From the NCBI GenBank assembly GCA_025059375.1, contig JANXDO010000001.1:224097-288096 (forward strand): a stretch of 64,000 nucleotides of DNA, in the 5' to 3' direction. Below, piece after piece: positions 1-9,288 of the stretch (positions within the stretch are counted from its first letter, which is position 1; each line of letters begins with the position of its first letter). The notes under the pieces are model-generated. The model saw only the letters and a list, made by a program, of their open reading frames with translations, was not told the origin of the DNA and did no database searches. The stretch is from Candidatus Nezhaarchaeota archaeon. Its GTDB lineage: Archaea; Thermoproteota; Methanomethylicia; Nezhaarchaeales; WYZ-LMO8. The position numbers and the translations under genes are program-made.

Positions 1-257
1 GTTTTAGGCTTGACAGCATGCCTGAACCTCCCCCAATATTCAAGCTAATACAGAGACTTGGAAACATCACTAGTTGGGAAATGTACAGGACGTTTAACAT
101 GGGCATAGGGTTCTGCGTTATAGTCCCAGAACACGAAGCTGAGGTTGTGACTAAGATATTTGAATCTCACGGTTTCAAAGCACAGCAGGTAGGAACTGTA
201 GTGGACAAGCCGCATGTTGAAATAGTATCAAAAGATGAAACCTTAACGTACCACTAA
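1..257 (+). CDS. PurM-superfamily (AIR synthase-related) protein, C-terminal domain; 5'-truncated by the window edge
   Basis: 'NMGIGFCVIV' followed by a short C-terminal tail is typical of the PurM/HypE/SelD/ThiL C-terminal domain. The ORF runs in frame to position 1, so the N-terminus lies outside the window. Confidence 0.45.
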   Translation, partial: FRLDSMPEPPPIFKLIQRLGNITSWEMYRTFNMGIGFCVIVPEHEAEVVTKIFESHGFKAQQVGTVVDKPHVEIVSKDETLTYH

Positions 258-320
258 GAAGCCACCATGTAATGGTTAAATCGCATGGCCCTTAACGATG
301 CTGGTTAACAACCTCTTCAA

Positions 321-881
321 TTATATGAGTCCTACTAGCGAAGCGGTTAGAAGGAGCATTGCCACTCCAGCAACGTCACCTACAGCCGTCACCATTGGTA
401 TTGTTGTGTTGTCTGGATCCCAGCCGTACCTGAACGATATAAAGGCGACCATCACACCTATAACCGTGACAACCATAGCCAGTGATATGCCGGCTAATAA
501 CGTGACTTGCAGTATCTTCAATGGCTCCACAGCCAAGCCGATTAAGCGAGATGCAGCTGATGCTATGAATGCTAGGTACATCGACGACATTATCGACACT
601 ATGAGTACTGCCACGACATTCTTCTCTAAGTATGAGTTCCTCTCAAGCTTGGGCCTCACCACACCCAGGTGAAGGGCTGTCGCAATTCTAGCTCCGATCA
701 TGCAGCCAAAGTTTCCGCTCATATCGGCTATTGATGGTACCAATATGAGCAGTGAAGGTACTGCTAGTAAGCTCTCAATCTTAGCTTCGAGGAGTACGCC
801 GGCAAAACTGCTAATTAAGATCGCTACAGCTGTCGATACCACTCCTTCCTTAACTATGTTCCTAGCCTTGTAGAAGCTCAT
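321..881 (-). CDS. MgtE-like divalent-cation transporter membrane domain protein (stand-alone TM module)
   Basis: Polytopic 186-aa protein with 'MSGNFGCMIGARIATALHLG', resembling the MgtE/SLC41 transmembrane domain. It is paired with a paralog immediately upstream. Confidence 0.45.
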   Translation of the reverse strand: MSFYKARNIVKEGVVSTAVAILISSFAGVLLEAKIESLLAVPSLLILVPSIADMSGNFGCMIGARIATALHLGVVRPKLERNSYLEKNVVAVLIVSIMSSMYLAFIASAASRLIGLAVEPLKILQVTLLAGISLAMVVTVIGVMVAFISFRYGWDPDNTTIPMVTAVGDVAGVAMLLLTASLVGLI

Positions 882-885
882 ACCC

Positions 886-1485
886 CTACACCCCCAAGTA
901 CATCACTATTAATGCTGATAAGAACAAGCAGGGTATACTGACAACATCGCCTAGTGTCGTTATGAACGTCCCCATGACTATGTCGGGATCAAGCCCTCTT
1001 TGATATATCTTTATGGTGGCTATTATCGTGACTGCAGTTATAATGATATTTGAGATCATCCCAGCTATTAATGCTATTAGGGTCAATGCTAGTAGCCCAG
1101 CGGATTTAAAGCTAAAAATTAAGCACATAAAGTGAGCAAGAATACCAATGAACAGTGACATTATTATGTTGAGTATGAAAGTCCCGACAATGTTCTGAAT
1201 TAGATCTTGAGAAAGCTTGAGCCTCGGCTCCATGATGCCCATGTGAAGCGCTGTTCCAAGTCTAGATGCGAGGGTTCCCCCTATGTTGCCTCTCATCTCT
1301 AAGAAAGCGGGCACCATTATCAACATCCCGGGAAGCTCCTCGAGAGAACCTCTCATGAATGCTAGGCCTATGCCAGCAAGCGTACCCAATGTCAATGAAA
1401 CTACTTGGGCCATAAATCCTTGCCGTATAGTGCTCTTCATCATGATGGCTCGCCTCACAACAAATGACGTTAACCTTATTTTCAA
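886..1485 (-). CDS. MgtE-like divalent-cation transporter membrane domain protein (paralog)
   Basis: 'MRGNIGGTLASRLGTALHMG' parallels the motif in the neighbouring gene. The protein is about 5 TM helices and sits 5 nt from the paralog, so the pair is probably co-transcribed. Confidence 0.45.
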   Translation of the reverse strand: MKIRLTSFVVRRAIMMKSTIRQGFMAQVVSLTLGTLAGIGLAFMRGSLEELPGMLIMVPAFLEMRGNIGGTLASRLGTALHMGIMEPRLKLSQDLIQNIVGTFILNIIMSLFIGILAHFMCLIFSFKSAGLLALTLIALIAGMISNIIITAVTIIATIKIYQRGLDPDIVMGTFITTLGDVVSIPCLFLSALIVMYLGV

Positions 1486-1488
1486 AAT

Positions 1489-2109
1489 TTGTTAGATATA
1501 TATTCACTTAGCCTCTCTAATCTCTGGAGGATTTGGTCCAGATTGGAGGAACCACGTTCAGTTCGTGAACTATTGATTGAGATAAAGAACATAACGGAGA
1601 GGATAGTGGACTTAGCCTTTTCATCACTAATGTTTAACCTTGAAGACGTAGCTCGCGAAGTTTTGAGGCTTGAAGAGCGCATAGATGACCTCCTATACAT
1701 GCTCTTCATAAGGATATTGATGGCCTCTGAGACAGCTCGTGATGCTGAAAGGTTGGCCCCCATACTCGCTATAGCATCGGCTATGGAGAACATAGCTAAT
1801 GCTGCAGGTGACTTAGCAGCAGTATTCCTCAAGGGCTTTAAACTTCACCCGGTAGTATACGAGTCCCTTAAGGAAGTCGAGGAGAGGGTTGTCTCGATCA
1901 AGATTAAGAAGAGCTCAAAGCTTGCAGGTAAGAGGATATCGGATATAAGCGAAGAGCTAGGCGTGGCTGTAGTGCCATTAGTCATATGCAGGAGCAATAG
2001 GCGAATGATAAACCCACCAGAAGACTTCATCTTAGAGCCTGGTGATGCTCTAATAGTGAAGACCGTGAAGAAGGGTGTTGAGGAGTTAAGGAACGCGGTG
2101 GGTGAATAG
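1489..2109 (+). CDS. PhoU-like helical domain + TrkA-C (RCK_C) domain regulatory protein
   Basis: Helical, Glu/Leu-rich N-terminal half, then a C-terminal '...KRISDISEELGVAVVPLVICRSNRRMINPPEDFILEPGDALIVK' typical of TrkA-C. It is divergent from the MgtE-like pair. Confidence 0.5.
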   Translation: MLDIYSLSLSNLWRIWSRLEEPRSVRELLIEIKNITERIVDLAFSSLMFNLEDVAREVLRLEERIDDLLYMLFIRILMASETARDAERLAPILAIASAMENIANAAGDLAAVFLKGFKLHPVVYESLKEVEERVVSIKIKKSSKLAGKRISDISEELGVAVVPLVICRSNRRMINPPEDFILEPGDALIVKTVKKGVEELRNAVGE

Positions 2110-2111
2110 TA

Positions 2112-2696
2112 TTGAGTAGAGACCTGCTTTCAGATATAAGAAACATGCTCATTGAGCTCAAGAACGTGGCTGAATTCATGGTCGATCTCGCCTACACAGC
2201 CATATTAACTAACAGTAAGGAACTTGCAGAGGAGGTTGAGCGATTAGAAGAGTACGTAGACGATCTTCATACGCGATATGAAATGGCTGTGCTAGAGCTG
2301 TCAAAGCAGAGCGAGAGACCAGCAGAATTCTTGGGAACTTTAAGGGTAGGTCTCGTGGTTGAAGCCCTAGCTGATGCAGCATTGGAGATGGTTCAGCCAG
2401 TACTTAGAGGTGATGAACCGCACGAGATACTTACAGTAGTGCTCAGTGAGGCGGAGGAAGCCATAGGTAGAGTTAGGATTGAGGATGAGTCCTCACTAAT
2501 CGGTAAGAGCTCACTGGAACTTAAGGATGAGGGACTACCAGTAGCGATAGTAGCCATAAGGAGAGGGACAAACTGGATACTACACCCAGGAGAGGGTGTT
2601 AAGCTCCACGCTGGAGATATACTCGTGGTTAAGGGGAGGGACGAAGACCTTAAGAAGCTAAGAGCTCTAGCGCGGGGCACATTTGAAGAGGAATAG
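2112..2696 (+). CDS. PhoU-like + TrkA-C domain protein (tandem paralog)
   Basis: Same architecture as the preceding gene, including '...LPVAIVAIRRGTNWILHPGEGVKLHAGDILVVKG' TrkA-C. The spacing is 2 nt. Confidence 0.5.
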   Translation: MSRDLLSDIRNMLIELKNVAEFMVDLAYTAILTNSKELAEEVERLEEYVDDLHTRYEMAVLELSKQSERPAEFLGTLRVGLVVEALADAALEMVQPVLRGDEPHEILTVVLSEAEEAIGRVRIEDESSLIGKSSLELKDEGLPVAIVAIRRGTNWILHPGEGVKLHAGDILVVKGRDEDLKKLRALARGTFEEE

Positions 2697-3377
2697 TTGA
2701 TGGACGCAATCAAGGCCAAAGTACTACTTAAGATCTTGGAGTCCAAGAAGCTGTCTACAAAGACGATCACAGAGTTAGAAGGAGGCGAGGAGCTTCTGCA
2801 CGAACTTAAATCTCGGGGGATAGTAGACGTCAAGAACGGCATCATAGAGGTAATTAATGCCGTCGACCTTGCAGTGGAGGCTGCTAAAAGCGGAGTTGAC
2901 GTGGAAGCAGCTTCTAGATTATTGAGTTGGAGAGACTTTGAGAGGCTTTGCGTTGAAGCTCTTATCAACCACAGCTTTAAGGTTAAGGCTCCGCTGAGAT
3001 TTAAATATCATCAGAAGCGCCATGAAATAGACGTGGCTGCGTTAAAACATGGAGTACTGTTATGCTTGGACTGCAAGCATTGGAATATGAAGCGCGGTCA
3101 AGGTCATAAGGTCAGAGAGTCCGCCATAAATCACCTGGATAAGTGCATTAAGCTGGCTGAGCTAGCATCATCACAGAGAATTCTTGGGATTCAGCTTCAG
3201 GAAGGAAACATAATCGTTCCACTTATCCTAACATTAATCGATTTGGGGCTTAAAGCACCAGTTAATGGTGTTCTAGTGTTGCCTATAATTAAGCTTAACG
3301 CCTTTCTCTTAGAGCTTGAAGCCTACATCGACGAGATACCATCAATTAGGATAGCTAAGCAGAGCAAAACTGATTAA
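2697..3377 (+). CDS. Predicted wHTH + PD-(D/E)xK-fold nuclease (NucS/Mrr-like core), uncharacterised
   Basis: N-terminal helical, winged-helix-like region. 'HEIDVAALKHGVLLCLDCKHW' fits the (E)-hD-hhhh-G-hhhh-(D/E)xK nuclease core pattern. Confidence 0.35.
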   Translation: MMDAIKAKVLLKILESKKLSTKTITELEGGEELLHELKSRGIVDVKNGIIEVINAVDLAVEAAKSGVDVEAASRLLSWRDFERLCVEALINHSFKVKAPLRFKYHQKRHEIDVAALKHGVLLCLDCKHWNMKRGQGHKVRESAINHLDKCIKLAELASSQRILGIQLQEGNIIVPLILTLIDLGLKAPVNGVLVLPIIKLNAFLLELEAYIDEIPSIRIAKQSKTD

Positions 3378-3409
3378 AGCATCTCACGAGACGCTGAGAC
3401 TATAGTTAG

Positions 3410-5203
3410 GTGACTGTTACGAGAGCGTCTAGAGTCACGCTGATAGCGTCGAGGTGGCCTAAGACAACAATAGTGTATGCGCTTGGGCTCGCATCATCGC
3501 TTGCATCCGCGTTAGCCCTCTTATCAATTAGAGGCCCCCTAGATCCATTGAAGGTGTTGATTGTAAGTCTCGTCTGTATATGGATGCCGGCACTTACATT
3601 CTCGATAGTACAATCACTAATCTTGCGCAGTAAGATAATGAGCTTGAGGAGGAGCATAAGCAACGTCTCCGCATTGCTGTTCTTCGTACTGTTGGCCTCA
3701 ATTGTAAGCCTAATAGCTCATGTCCTCGGTGCCACCATATCGATTGAAGAGGCCATAATCATCGGTGTTATCCTAGCAACATCACTAAATACCATGATAA
3801 TTAGGTATATGACCGGCAGTAGCTTAGCTGTATGTGGCGCGACATCGCTTATATGGCCAGCTTTAACATTGATAGCTTTAAACATCGCTCTAGGCACTAG
3901 CCTATCTCGCATAGATTACGTTAAAGTGCCAGTTATGCTCGCCTTCATGATGGTGCCAGCTATCGTGATATCTAAGAGCATAGATAAAATAGGTGAAGAA
4001 CTTGTTGGGCTTAGTGCTAAGAAGATTTTCAGGGCTTACGTCATGAACTGGCTAGTGGGGGCTAAGGAGGATCTTGAGAGGCTGTTTAACCATATAGGCG
4101 TGAGCTCCGAAGTCACGTGCAACTTCCTCTATATACTGGGTCCTCAAAATCTGATTAAGGGTATTGTGGCAATCCCCTACATTCACCCAGGCCCTCTTAG
4201 AAACCTAGGCAGCAGCTCGCTCCCCTCGGACTTGATATCTGTCTTAGAATCCAACTACAAGGCTACCAGCATATCATTCCACGGCTTCGTAACTCACGCC
4301 TCAGATATAACTTGTTCGAGTGATTACCGTAAATTCTTAGATCAGGTGGCTAAAAGCGTTGGTAAGCAATCAATAATGCTATTAAGTGGCTTCTCAAGCC
4401 CCCTAATTAGGGTTAACGTTAATAACCTATCAGTGGGCTGCCAAGTAATTAAGGGTGTGCCGATGGTTTTCGTCTCCGGTGAAGATAAGGGTATTGAAGA
4501 CATGCCGGAAGAGTTAAGGCTAAGGATCGAAGATAAGGTCAAGAAAGTGTACGGTGTAAAACCGATACTAATAAATGCACACAATCTATACGATGAGCAT
4601 GTAGAAGTGAACTTCAATGAAATTGAGAAGGGGGTCATGGAGGCTATCGATCTTGCATTAAAAGCGTCATCCGATGACCCGATAGAAATGGGGATAAGTA
4701 GAGTTGACCCCCCTCACCGTGACGGGAGTTATGGGCTTGGAAATGCTGGAATCGGCGTCTTAACAATAGGGTTTAGAGGTTTAAGGTACTGCTACATCGT
4801 GTTTGACGCCAATAACGCAAATAAAGAGTTTAGGGGTGCCATTAGATCCATGGTCAAGGAGATGGGTTATAGCGACTGTGAGGTATTCACAACAGATAAC
4901 CATTTCGTGGTACACTTGAGAGGTGTTAGAGCTAAGAGAGGTTACCACATAATGGGTGAGAGGATTAAAGCTGAGGATTTAAGCGAAATCGTTAGAGAGG
5001 CATTAAAGAGGGCCGAGACAAGCATGCAGGAAGCTAATGTAGCATATAGTGAGCTTACAATGAGAGCTCACGTCTTAGGAAGTGTGGGGTATAGAAGTAT
5101 TGAGAGCTTAGTGGATAGAGCTATTAAGACGTTTAAGAGATTGGGCGCATCTACGTACGGCGTAGCCCTAATGTTATTGATCACACTTTGTGCGTTAACC
5201 TGA
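3410..5203 (+). CDS. Large polytopic membrane protein with C-terminal soluble domain (DUF2070-like archaeal membrane protein?)
   Basis: 597 aa. About 8 hydrophobic helices fill the first ~200 aa, followed by a ~380-aa non-membrane domain. I recognise no catalytic motif. Confidence 0.35.
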   Translation: MTVTRASRVTLIASRWPKTTIVYALGLASSLASALALLSIRGPLDPLKVLIVSLVCIWMPALTFSIVQSLILRSKIMSLRRSISNVSALLFFVLLASIVSLIAHVLGATISIEEAIIIGVILATSLNTMIIRYMTGSSLAVCGATSLIWPALTLIALNIALGTSLSRIDYVKVPVMLAFMMVPAIVISKSIDKIGEELVGLSAKKIFRAYVMNWLVGAKEDLERLFNHIGVSSEVTCNFLYILGPQNLIKGIVAIPYIHPGPLRNLGSSSLPSDLISVLESNYKATSISFHGFVTHASDITCSSDYRKFLDQVAKSVGKQSIMLLSGFSSPLIRVNVNNLSVGCQVIKGVPMVFVSGEDKGIEDMPEELRLRIEDKVKKVYGVKPILINAHNLYDEHVEVNFNEIEKGVMEAIDLALKASSDDPIEMGISRVDPPHRDGSYGLGNAGIGVLTIGFRGLRYCYIVFDANNANKEFRGAIRSMVKEMGYSDCEVFTTDNHFVVHLRGVRAKRGYHIMGERIKAEDLSEIVREALKRAETSMQEANVAYSELTMRAHVLGSVGYRSIESLVDRAIKTFKRLGASTYGVALMLLITLCALT

Positions 5204-5358
5204 CAGGTCCTTAATGTAATATGTTAGTGAATTGAGGAGTTTTTAAAGTGAGATGGGGATATCCAGCAAATCTACTTGGTGTTATGTGGAATAACTGAGA
5301 AATCTTTTTAAAGCTGCCCTCAACACTCAAGGGTGTTGTTCAAGGCTAGGGTGATGCA

Positions 5359-6564
5359 ATGGAGTATAGAGAGATGTCCGTAAGCTACTATAACTTCCTC
5401 CCTGAAGTTAGGGGCCTCATGTGGTTACCAAAGGACATAATAATCCACGACACGACTCTCAGGGAGGGCGAGCAGACAGCAGGAGTTGTTTATAGACCTG
5501 AAGATAAGCTCGAAATAGCGAGGTTACTAGATGAAGTCGGTATACAACAAATCGAAGCTGGCTTCCCAGCTGCATCTAAGGGTGAAAGGGAAGCACTTAA
5601 AATGATAGTTAAGGCGGGGCTCAACGCAAAGATATTTGGTTTTGCTCGAGCTGTTAAATCTGACATTGATGCAGTAGCTGATGTGGGGGCTTACGGTGTA
5701 GTCTTGTCTTTCCCGCCATCAGACATACACTTAAAATACAAATTAAAAATAGATCGGGAAGAGTATTACGCGAGGGCCATAGAGCTTGTTGGGTACGCAA
5801 AGAGTCGAGGGCTTTACATAACATTTAGCGCCGAGGATTCCACGAGAACAGAATTAAACTTCCTGATCAAGGTGTTTAATGGAGTAATTGAAGCTGGCTG
5901 TGATAGGTTAAGGGTAGTCGACACGCTCGGCTGCATACACCCGACAGCCATGAAGTTCTTGATAAGGAACGTGATAACATCACTTAAAAAGAAGGTTCCA
6001 ATAGAGGTTCACTGCCACGACGATCATGGCTTGGCAGTCGCAAATACACTTGCAGCTGTCGAGGCTGGAGCTGAAGTGCTATCAACATCAGTTCTAGGGA
6101 TAGGTGAGAGGTGTGGTTTAGCGCCAACGGAAGAGGTCATAGTTGCCCTTAAGAACCTCTATGGCATTGGGAACTTTAAGACTGAGAAGCTGTATAAGCT
6201 ATGTAAAGAGGTTGAGAGGATAACGAAGATAATCATGCCACCACACAAGCCTGTAGTAGGCATTAATGCTTTTGCACATGCAAGTGGCATACACCAGCAC
6301 GCAGTACTTGAGAATCCAGTATGCTATGAGCCCTATCCTCCAGACATGGTTGGTCAAACGAGAAGGATAGTCATAGGAAAGTTATCTGGTAGGCACGCGA
6401 TAAAAGCAAAGTTAGCGGAGATTGGGATTAATGCCACTGAAGATGAGGTCTCAAAAATCCTCGACGTTGTGAAGTCCATAAGCGAGGAGAGGCGATCCCC
6501 GCTAAGTGATCAAGAGTTCATTGAGATAGTGAACACCGTGAAGGGAAGGAATCAGCAGCATTAA
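5359..6564 (+). CDS. 2-isopropylmalate/homocitrate/citramalate synthase family enzyme (HMGL-like DRE-TIM)
   Basis: 'IIHDTTLREGEQTAG' and 'EVHCHDDHGLAVANTLAAVEAGA' are hallmark LeuA/NifV/CimA motifs. The 401-aa length fits the short homocitrate/citramalate-type enzymes. Confidence 0.7.
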   Translation: MEYREMSVSYYNFLPEVRGLMWLPKDIIIHDTTLREGEQTAGVVYRPEDKLEIARLLDEVGIQQIEAGFPAASKGEREALKMIVKAGLNAKIFGFARAVKSDIDAVADVGAYGVVLSFPPSDIHLKYKLKIDREEYYARAIELVGYAKSRGLYITFSAEDSTRTELNFLIKVFNGVIEAGCDRLRVVDTLGCIHPTAMKFLIRNVITSLKKKVPIEVHCHDDHGLAVANTLAAVEAGAEVLSTSVLGIGERCGLAPTEEVIVALKNLYGIGNFKTEKLYKLCKEVERITKIIMPPHKPVVGINAFAHASGIHQHAVLENPVCYEPYPPDMVGQTRRIVIGKLSGRHAIKAKLAEIGINATEDEVSKILDVVKSISEERRSPLSDQEFIEIVNTVKGRNQQH

Positions 6565-6571
6565 TAGAGAT

Positions 6572-7585
6572 TCATCCAGTTATGGCTTTCTTAACAGCTT
6601 CCATAAAATCCTTTGTTCTAGCTCTTCCACCTAAATCTGGAGTTACGTTCTTCCTGTCCTTAAGGACACTAATTATGGCATCCTCGAGAAGCCTTGCTGC
6701 CTCATTCTCTCCAAGCCACTCAAGCATCATTTTAGCTGATAGCATCGTAGCACATGGGTTAGCTATGCCCTTTCCAGCTATATCTGGGGCTGAGCCATGA
6801 ACTGGCTCGAATATGGCCTGCTTATCACCAATATTAGCTGCAGGAGCTATTCCTAAACTTCCTACAACAGCAGCAGCCTCATCAGATAATATATCGCCGA
6901 ACATGTTAGTTGTGACTATGACATCGAACCTCTCGGGTCTAATAACTAGGTTGTATGCACATGAGTCAACGTACATCTCTTCAAATGACACTTCTGGGTA
7001 CTTCTTCGCAACCTCCTTGCAGACCCTAGCGAAGAGACCACAAGTTAAGCTCAAGACATTAGACTTATGAACTATGGTCACATGCCTCCTAGGCCTTCGT
7101 GAAGCCAGTTCAAAAGCTGTCCTCGCAATTCTTTCACAACCTCTCTTAGTTATAACCCTAAGTGCTATGGTCGTATCCCCACCATTAACTGCAAACTCAT
7201 ACCTCTTATACAGATCCTCAGTGTTCTCCCTGATTATCACGAAATCTATATTATCTCGGAGACTAGGTACCCCGGGATAGGATTTGAAGGGCCTGACATT
7301 AGCGTAAAGGTCAAAGACCTGTCTCAACTTGACGATTACGTCAGCAGCACTTTCACCCACAGGTCCCTTTAGTGCTGCATTCGCCCTTCTGATAGCTTCG
7401 ATCGTCTCCTCAGGTAGAGGTACGCCTCTAAGCTTATAACACTCGTCGCCAGCCTCAACAAAGTCAAATTTTAACTCCAACCCCTTAATGGCATCCTGTA
7501 ACGTATAGAGAACCTCAATCGTAGAATCAACAACCTCAGGACCTATCCCGTCACCCCTAATGACAGCTATCCTGTAAGAACCCAT
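6572..7585 (-). CDS. 3-isopropylmalate / homoisocitrate dehydrogenase family (beta-decarboxylating dehydrogenase)
   Basis: N-terminal 'RIAVIRGDGIGPEVV', '...NMFGDILSDEAAAVVGSLGIAPAANIG' and a C-terminal 'GGRARTKDF'-type end. It is convergent with the LeuA-family gene. Confidence 0.7.
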   Translation of the reverse strand: MGSYRIAVIRGDGIGPEVVDSTIEVLYTLQDAIKGLELKFDFVEAGDECYKLRGVPLPEETIEAIRRANAALKGPVGESAADVIVKLRQVFDLYANVRPFKSYPGVPSLRDNIDFVIIRENTEDLYKRYEFAVNGGDTTIALRVITKRGCERIARTAFELASRRPRRHVTIVHKSNVLSLTCGLFARVCKEVAKKYPEVSFEEMYVDSCAYNLVIRPERFDVIVTTNMFGDILSDEAAAVVGSLGIAPAANIGDKQAIFEPVHGSAPDIAGKGIANPCATMLSAKMMLEWLGENEAARLLEDAIISVLKDRKNVTPDLGGRARTKDFMEAVKKAITG

Positions 7586-7702
7586 CAGCAATCATCTCCG
7601 CGTTAACACATAGTCGAGAGCATGACCGCATATAAACCTTGTTTTACCAAGAAGCCTATTCAACGAAACCAGGAAGCAAGTTAAGAACCAACTCACCATT
7701 GG

Positions 7703-9109
7703 ATGTGGAGACATCACACAATCAGTAAACTTCATATATCCTGTTATGAAGTGTTGGATGAGGTGTCCAACTACTTGAGCAGTGATCTAGTGCTCAGAGT
7801 TATCGACGTTGATTTCAGTTATGGTGCTAAGAGTACCCTTAGAGGGATAACCATCACCCTCTGTGGAGGAGAGTTCGTGGGGTTAATGGGACCAAATGGT
7901 TCTGGTAAAACTACGTTCCTCAAGGTTGTGAACAATGTCCTGCGACCTAAGAGGGGGGTTGTCATGGTCAATGACGTGGAGGTGCCCAGCCTTAATGTAA
8001 AGGATGTGGCTAAGCTATTCGGAGTCGTGAGCCAGGAGTATGAAACCTCCTTCAGCTTCACGGCCTTCGATGTAGTACTGATGGGTAGGAACCCCCACTT
8101 AAGTAGGCTAAGAGGGGAATCCAAGAGGGATTATGAGGTAGTGCTCAGATCGATGAAGCTCACTAACACTATACACTTAGCTGATAGACCCTTCAATGAG
8201 CTTAGTGGTGGCGAGAAACAGAGGGTCATGATAGCCAGGGCATTAGCTCAAGAGCCAAAGGTGATGCTTCTGGACGAACCTACATCACACCTTGACATAT
8301 GCAATCAAATAGAGACATTAGAACTCCTGAAGAAATTATGTAAAGAGGAGGGAATCTTAGTCATAGCAGTTATACACGACTTCAACTTAGCTGCATACTA
8401 TTGTGACAAGATAGCGCTCATGAAGGATGGATCAATACACTCCATAGGCAAACCTGAAGAAGTTCTAACAACTAACAACATAGAAGAAATCTTTGGCGTT
8501 AAGGTGTCAATACAACGGCACCCGATAACTGGTACGATATACGTGACACCACTCCTAGCCAGTAAAGCTAGCACCATTAATAGGGGGAGAAGGGTTCATG
8601 TGATATGTGGTGGCGGAACTGGGGGCATGGTGATAAAGGCGCTCACCGATAGAGGCTTAAAGGTCACGGCTGGCGTCCTAAACGTGCTGGACTCGGACTA
8701 TGAAGTAGCAGTTAACTTGTGTGAGGAGGTTGTCTGTGAAGCTCCCTTCTCACCCATATCCGACCCCTCTCATAGAAGGAACCTGGAGTTGATAGAGAGA
8801 AGCGATGCTGTGATTTTAACTGACGTTCCAATAGGCTGGGGCAACCTCAAGAACATTGAGGCTGTTAGTAGAGCGATAGAAATGGGTAAGAACGTTTACA
8901 TTATAGAGACAAGATCTGGCCTGGCAAAAGCATGTAATAGAGACTATACTGGCGGCATTGCACTGAGAGAGCTAGAGAAAATAAGCAAGTCAGCAATTAG
9001 GGTAGCTTCCATTGAGGAGCTGATATCACATGTACTTGAGTATGAATTCATCTCCTACCCTTCAACTCAGTCGACAATGCCAAAGGCGAGTGCGAAGTCG
9101 TCATTGTAG
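7703..9109 (+). CDS. ABC transporter ATP-binding protein (FepC/BtuD-like) fused to a C-terminal ~200-aa Gly-rich alpha/beta domain of unknown function
   Basis: Walker A 'GPNGSGKTT', signature 'LSGGEKQRVMIARAL', Walker B 'LLDEPTSHLD' and the H-loop are all within aa ~40-260. The remaining ~200 aa ('RVHVICGGGTGGMVIKALTDRGLKVTAGVL...') form a Rossmann-like extension. Confidence 0.7.
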   Translation: MWRHHTISKLHISCYEVLDEVSNYLSSDLVLRVIDVDFSYGAKSTLRGITITLCGGEFVGLMGPNGSGKTTFLKVVNNVLRPKRGVVMVNDVEVPSLNVKDVAKLFGVVSQEYETSFSFTAFDVVLMGRNPHLSRLRGESKRDYEVVLRSMKLTNTIHLADRPFNELSGGEKQRVMIARALAQEPKVMLLDEPTSHLDICNQIETLELLKKLCKEEGILVIAVIHDFNLAAYYCDKIALMKDGSIHSIGKPEEVLTTNNIEEIFGVKVSIQRHPITGTIYVTPLLASKASTINRGRRVHVICGGGTGGMVIKALTDRGLKVTAGVLNVLDSDYEVAVNLCEEVVCEAPFSPISDPSHRRNLELIERSDAVILTDVPIGWGNLKNIEAVSRAIEMGKNVYIIETRSGLAKACNRDYTGGIALRELEKISKSAIRVASIEELISHVLEYEFISYPSTQSTMPKASAKSSL

Positions 9110-9288
9110 CACTTAAGCTTAAGAGGGCTGTGAGCTTGACATGAGGTCTTAAAGGGGCTTAAAGAGAGTCGGGGCATTACATGATGAGTCATCAAACATG
9201 GACCTAAAGATCGCCTCATGATGGATTTGAAGGAGCTTAGCTTCATGCTTTAAGAGCTCCCTAGTGCTAATGCGGATGGGGCTAAGTA

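Noticed and set aside
2393-2968. Long antisense ORFs from the six-frame track (e.g. 2393-2968, 22678-23163, 42673-43371, 47044-47490, 55116-55589)
   Set aside because: They lie entirely inside confidently assigned genes on the opposite strand. Their Ser/Leu/Thr/Pro-rich low-complexity products have no motifs, which is typical of spurious shadow ORFs in GC-skewed coding DNA.
5204-5358. Possible TATA-like 'TCTTTTTAAAGCTG' upstream of the LeuA-family gene
   Set aside because: It lies ~45 nt from the ATG, which is far for a leaderless crenarchaeal promoter, and it cannot be distinguished from generic AT-rich intergenic sequence without TSS data.
9170-9235. Palindromic 'CATGATGAGTCATCAAACATG' and AUGAUGA/AUGAUGG box-like motifs in the convergent intergenic region
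   Set aside because: There is no downstream CUGA D box or closing stem, so it is more likely a hairpin in a convergent 3' region than a C/D sRNA. No oligo-T is present either.
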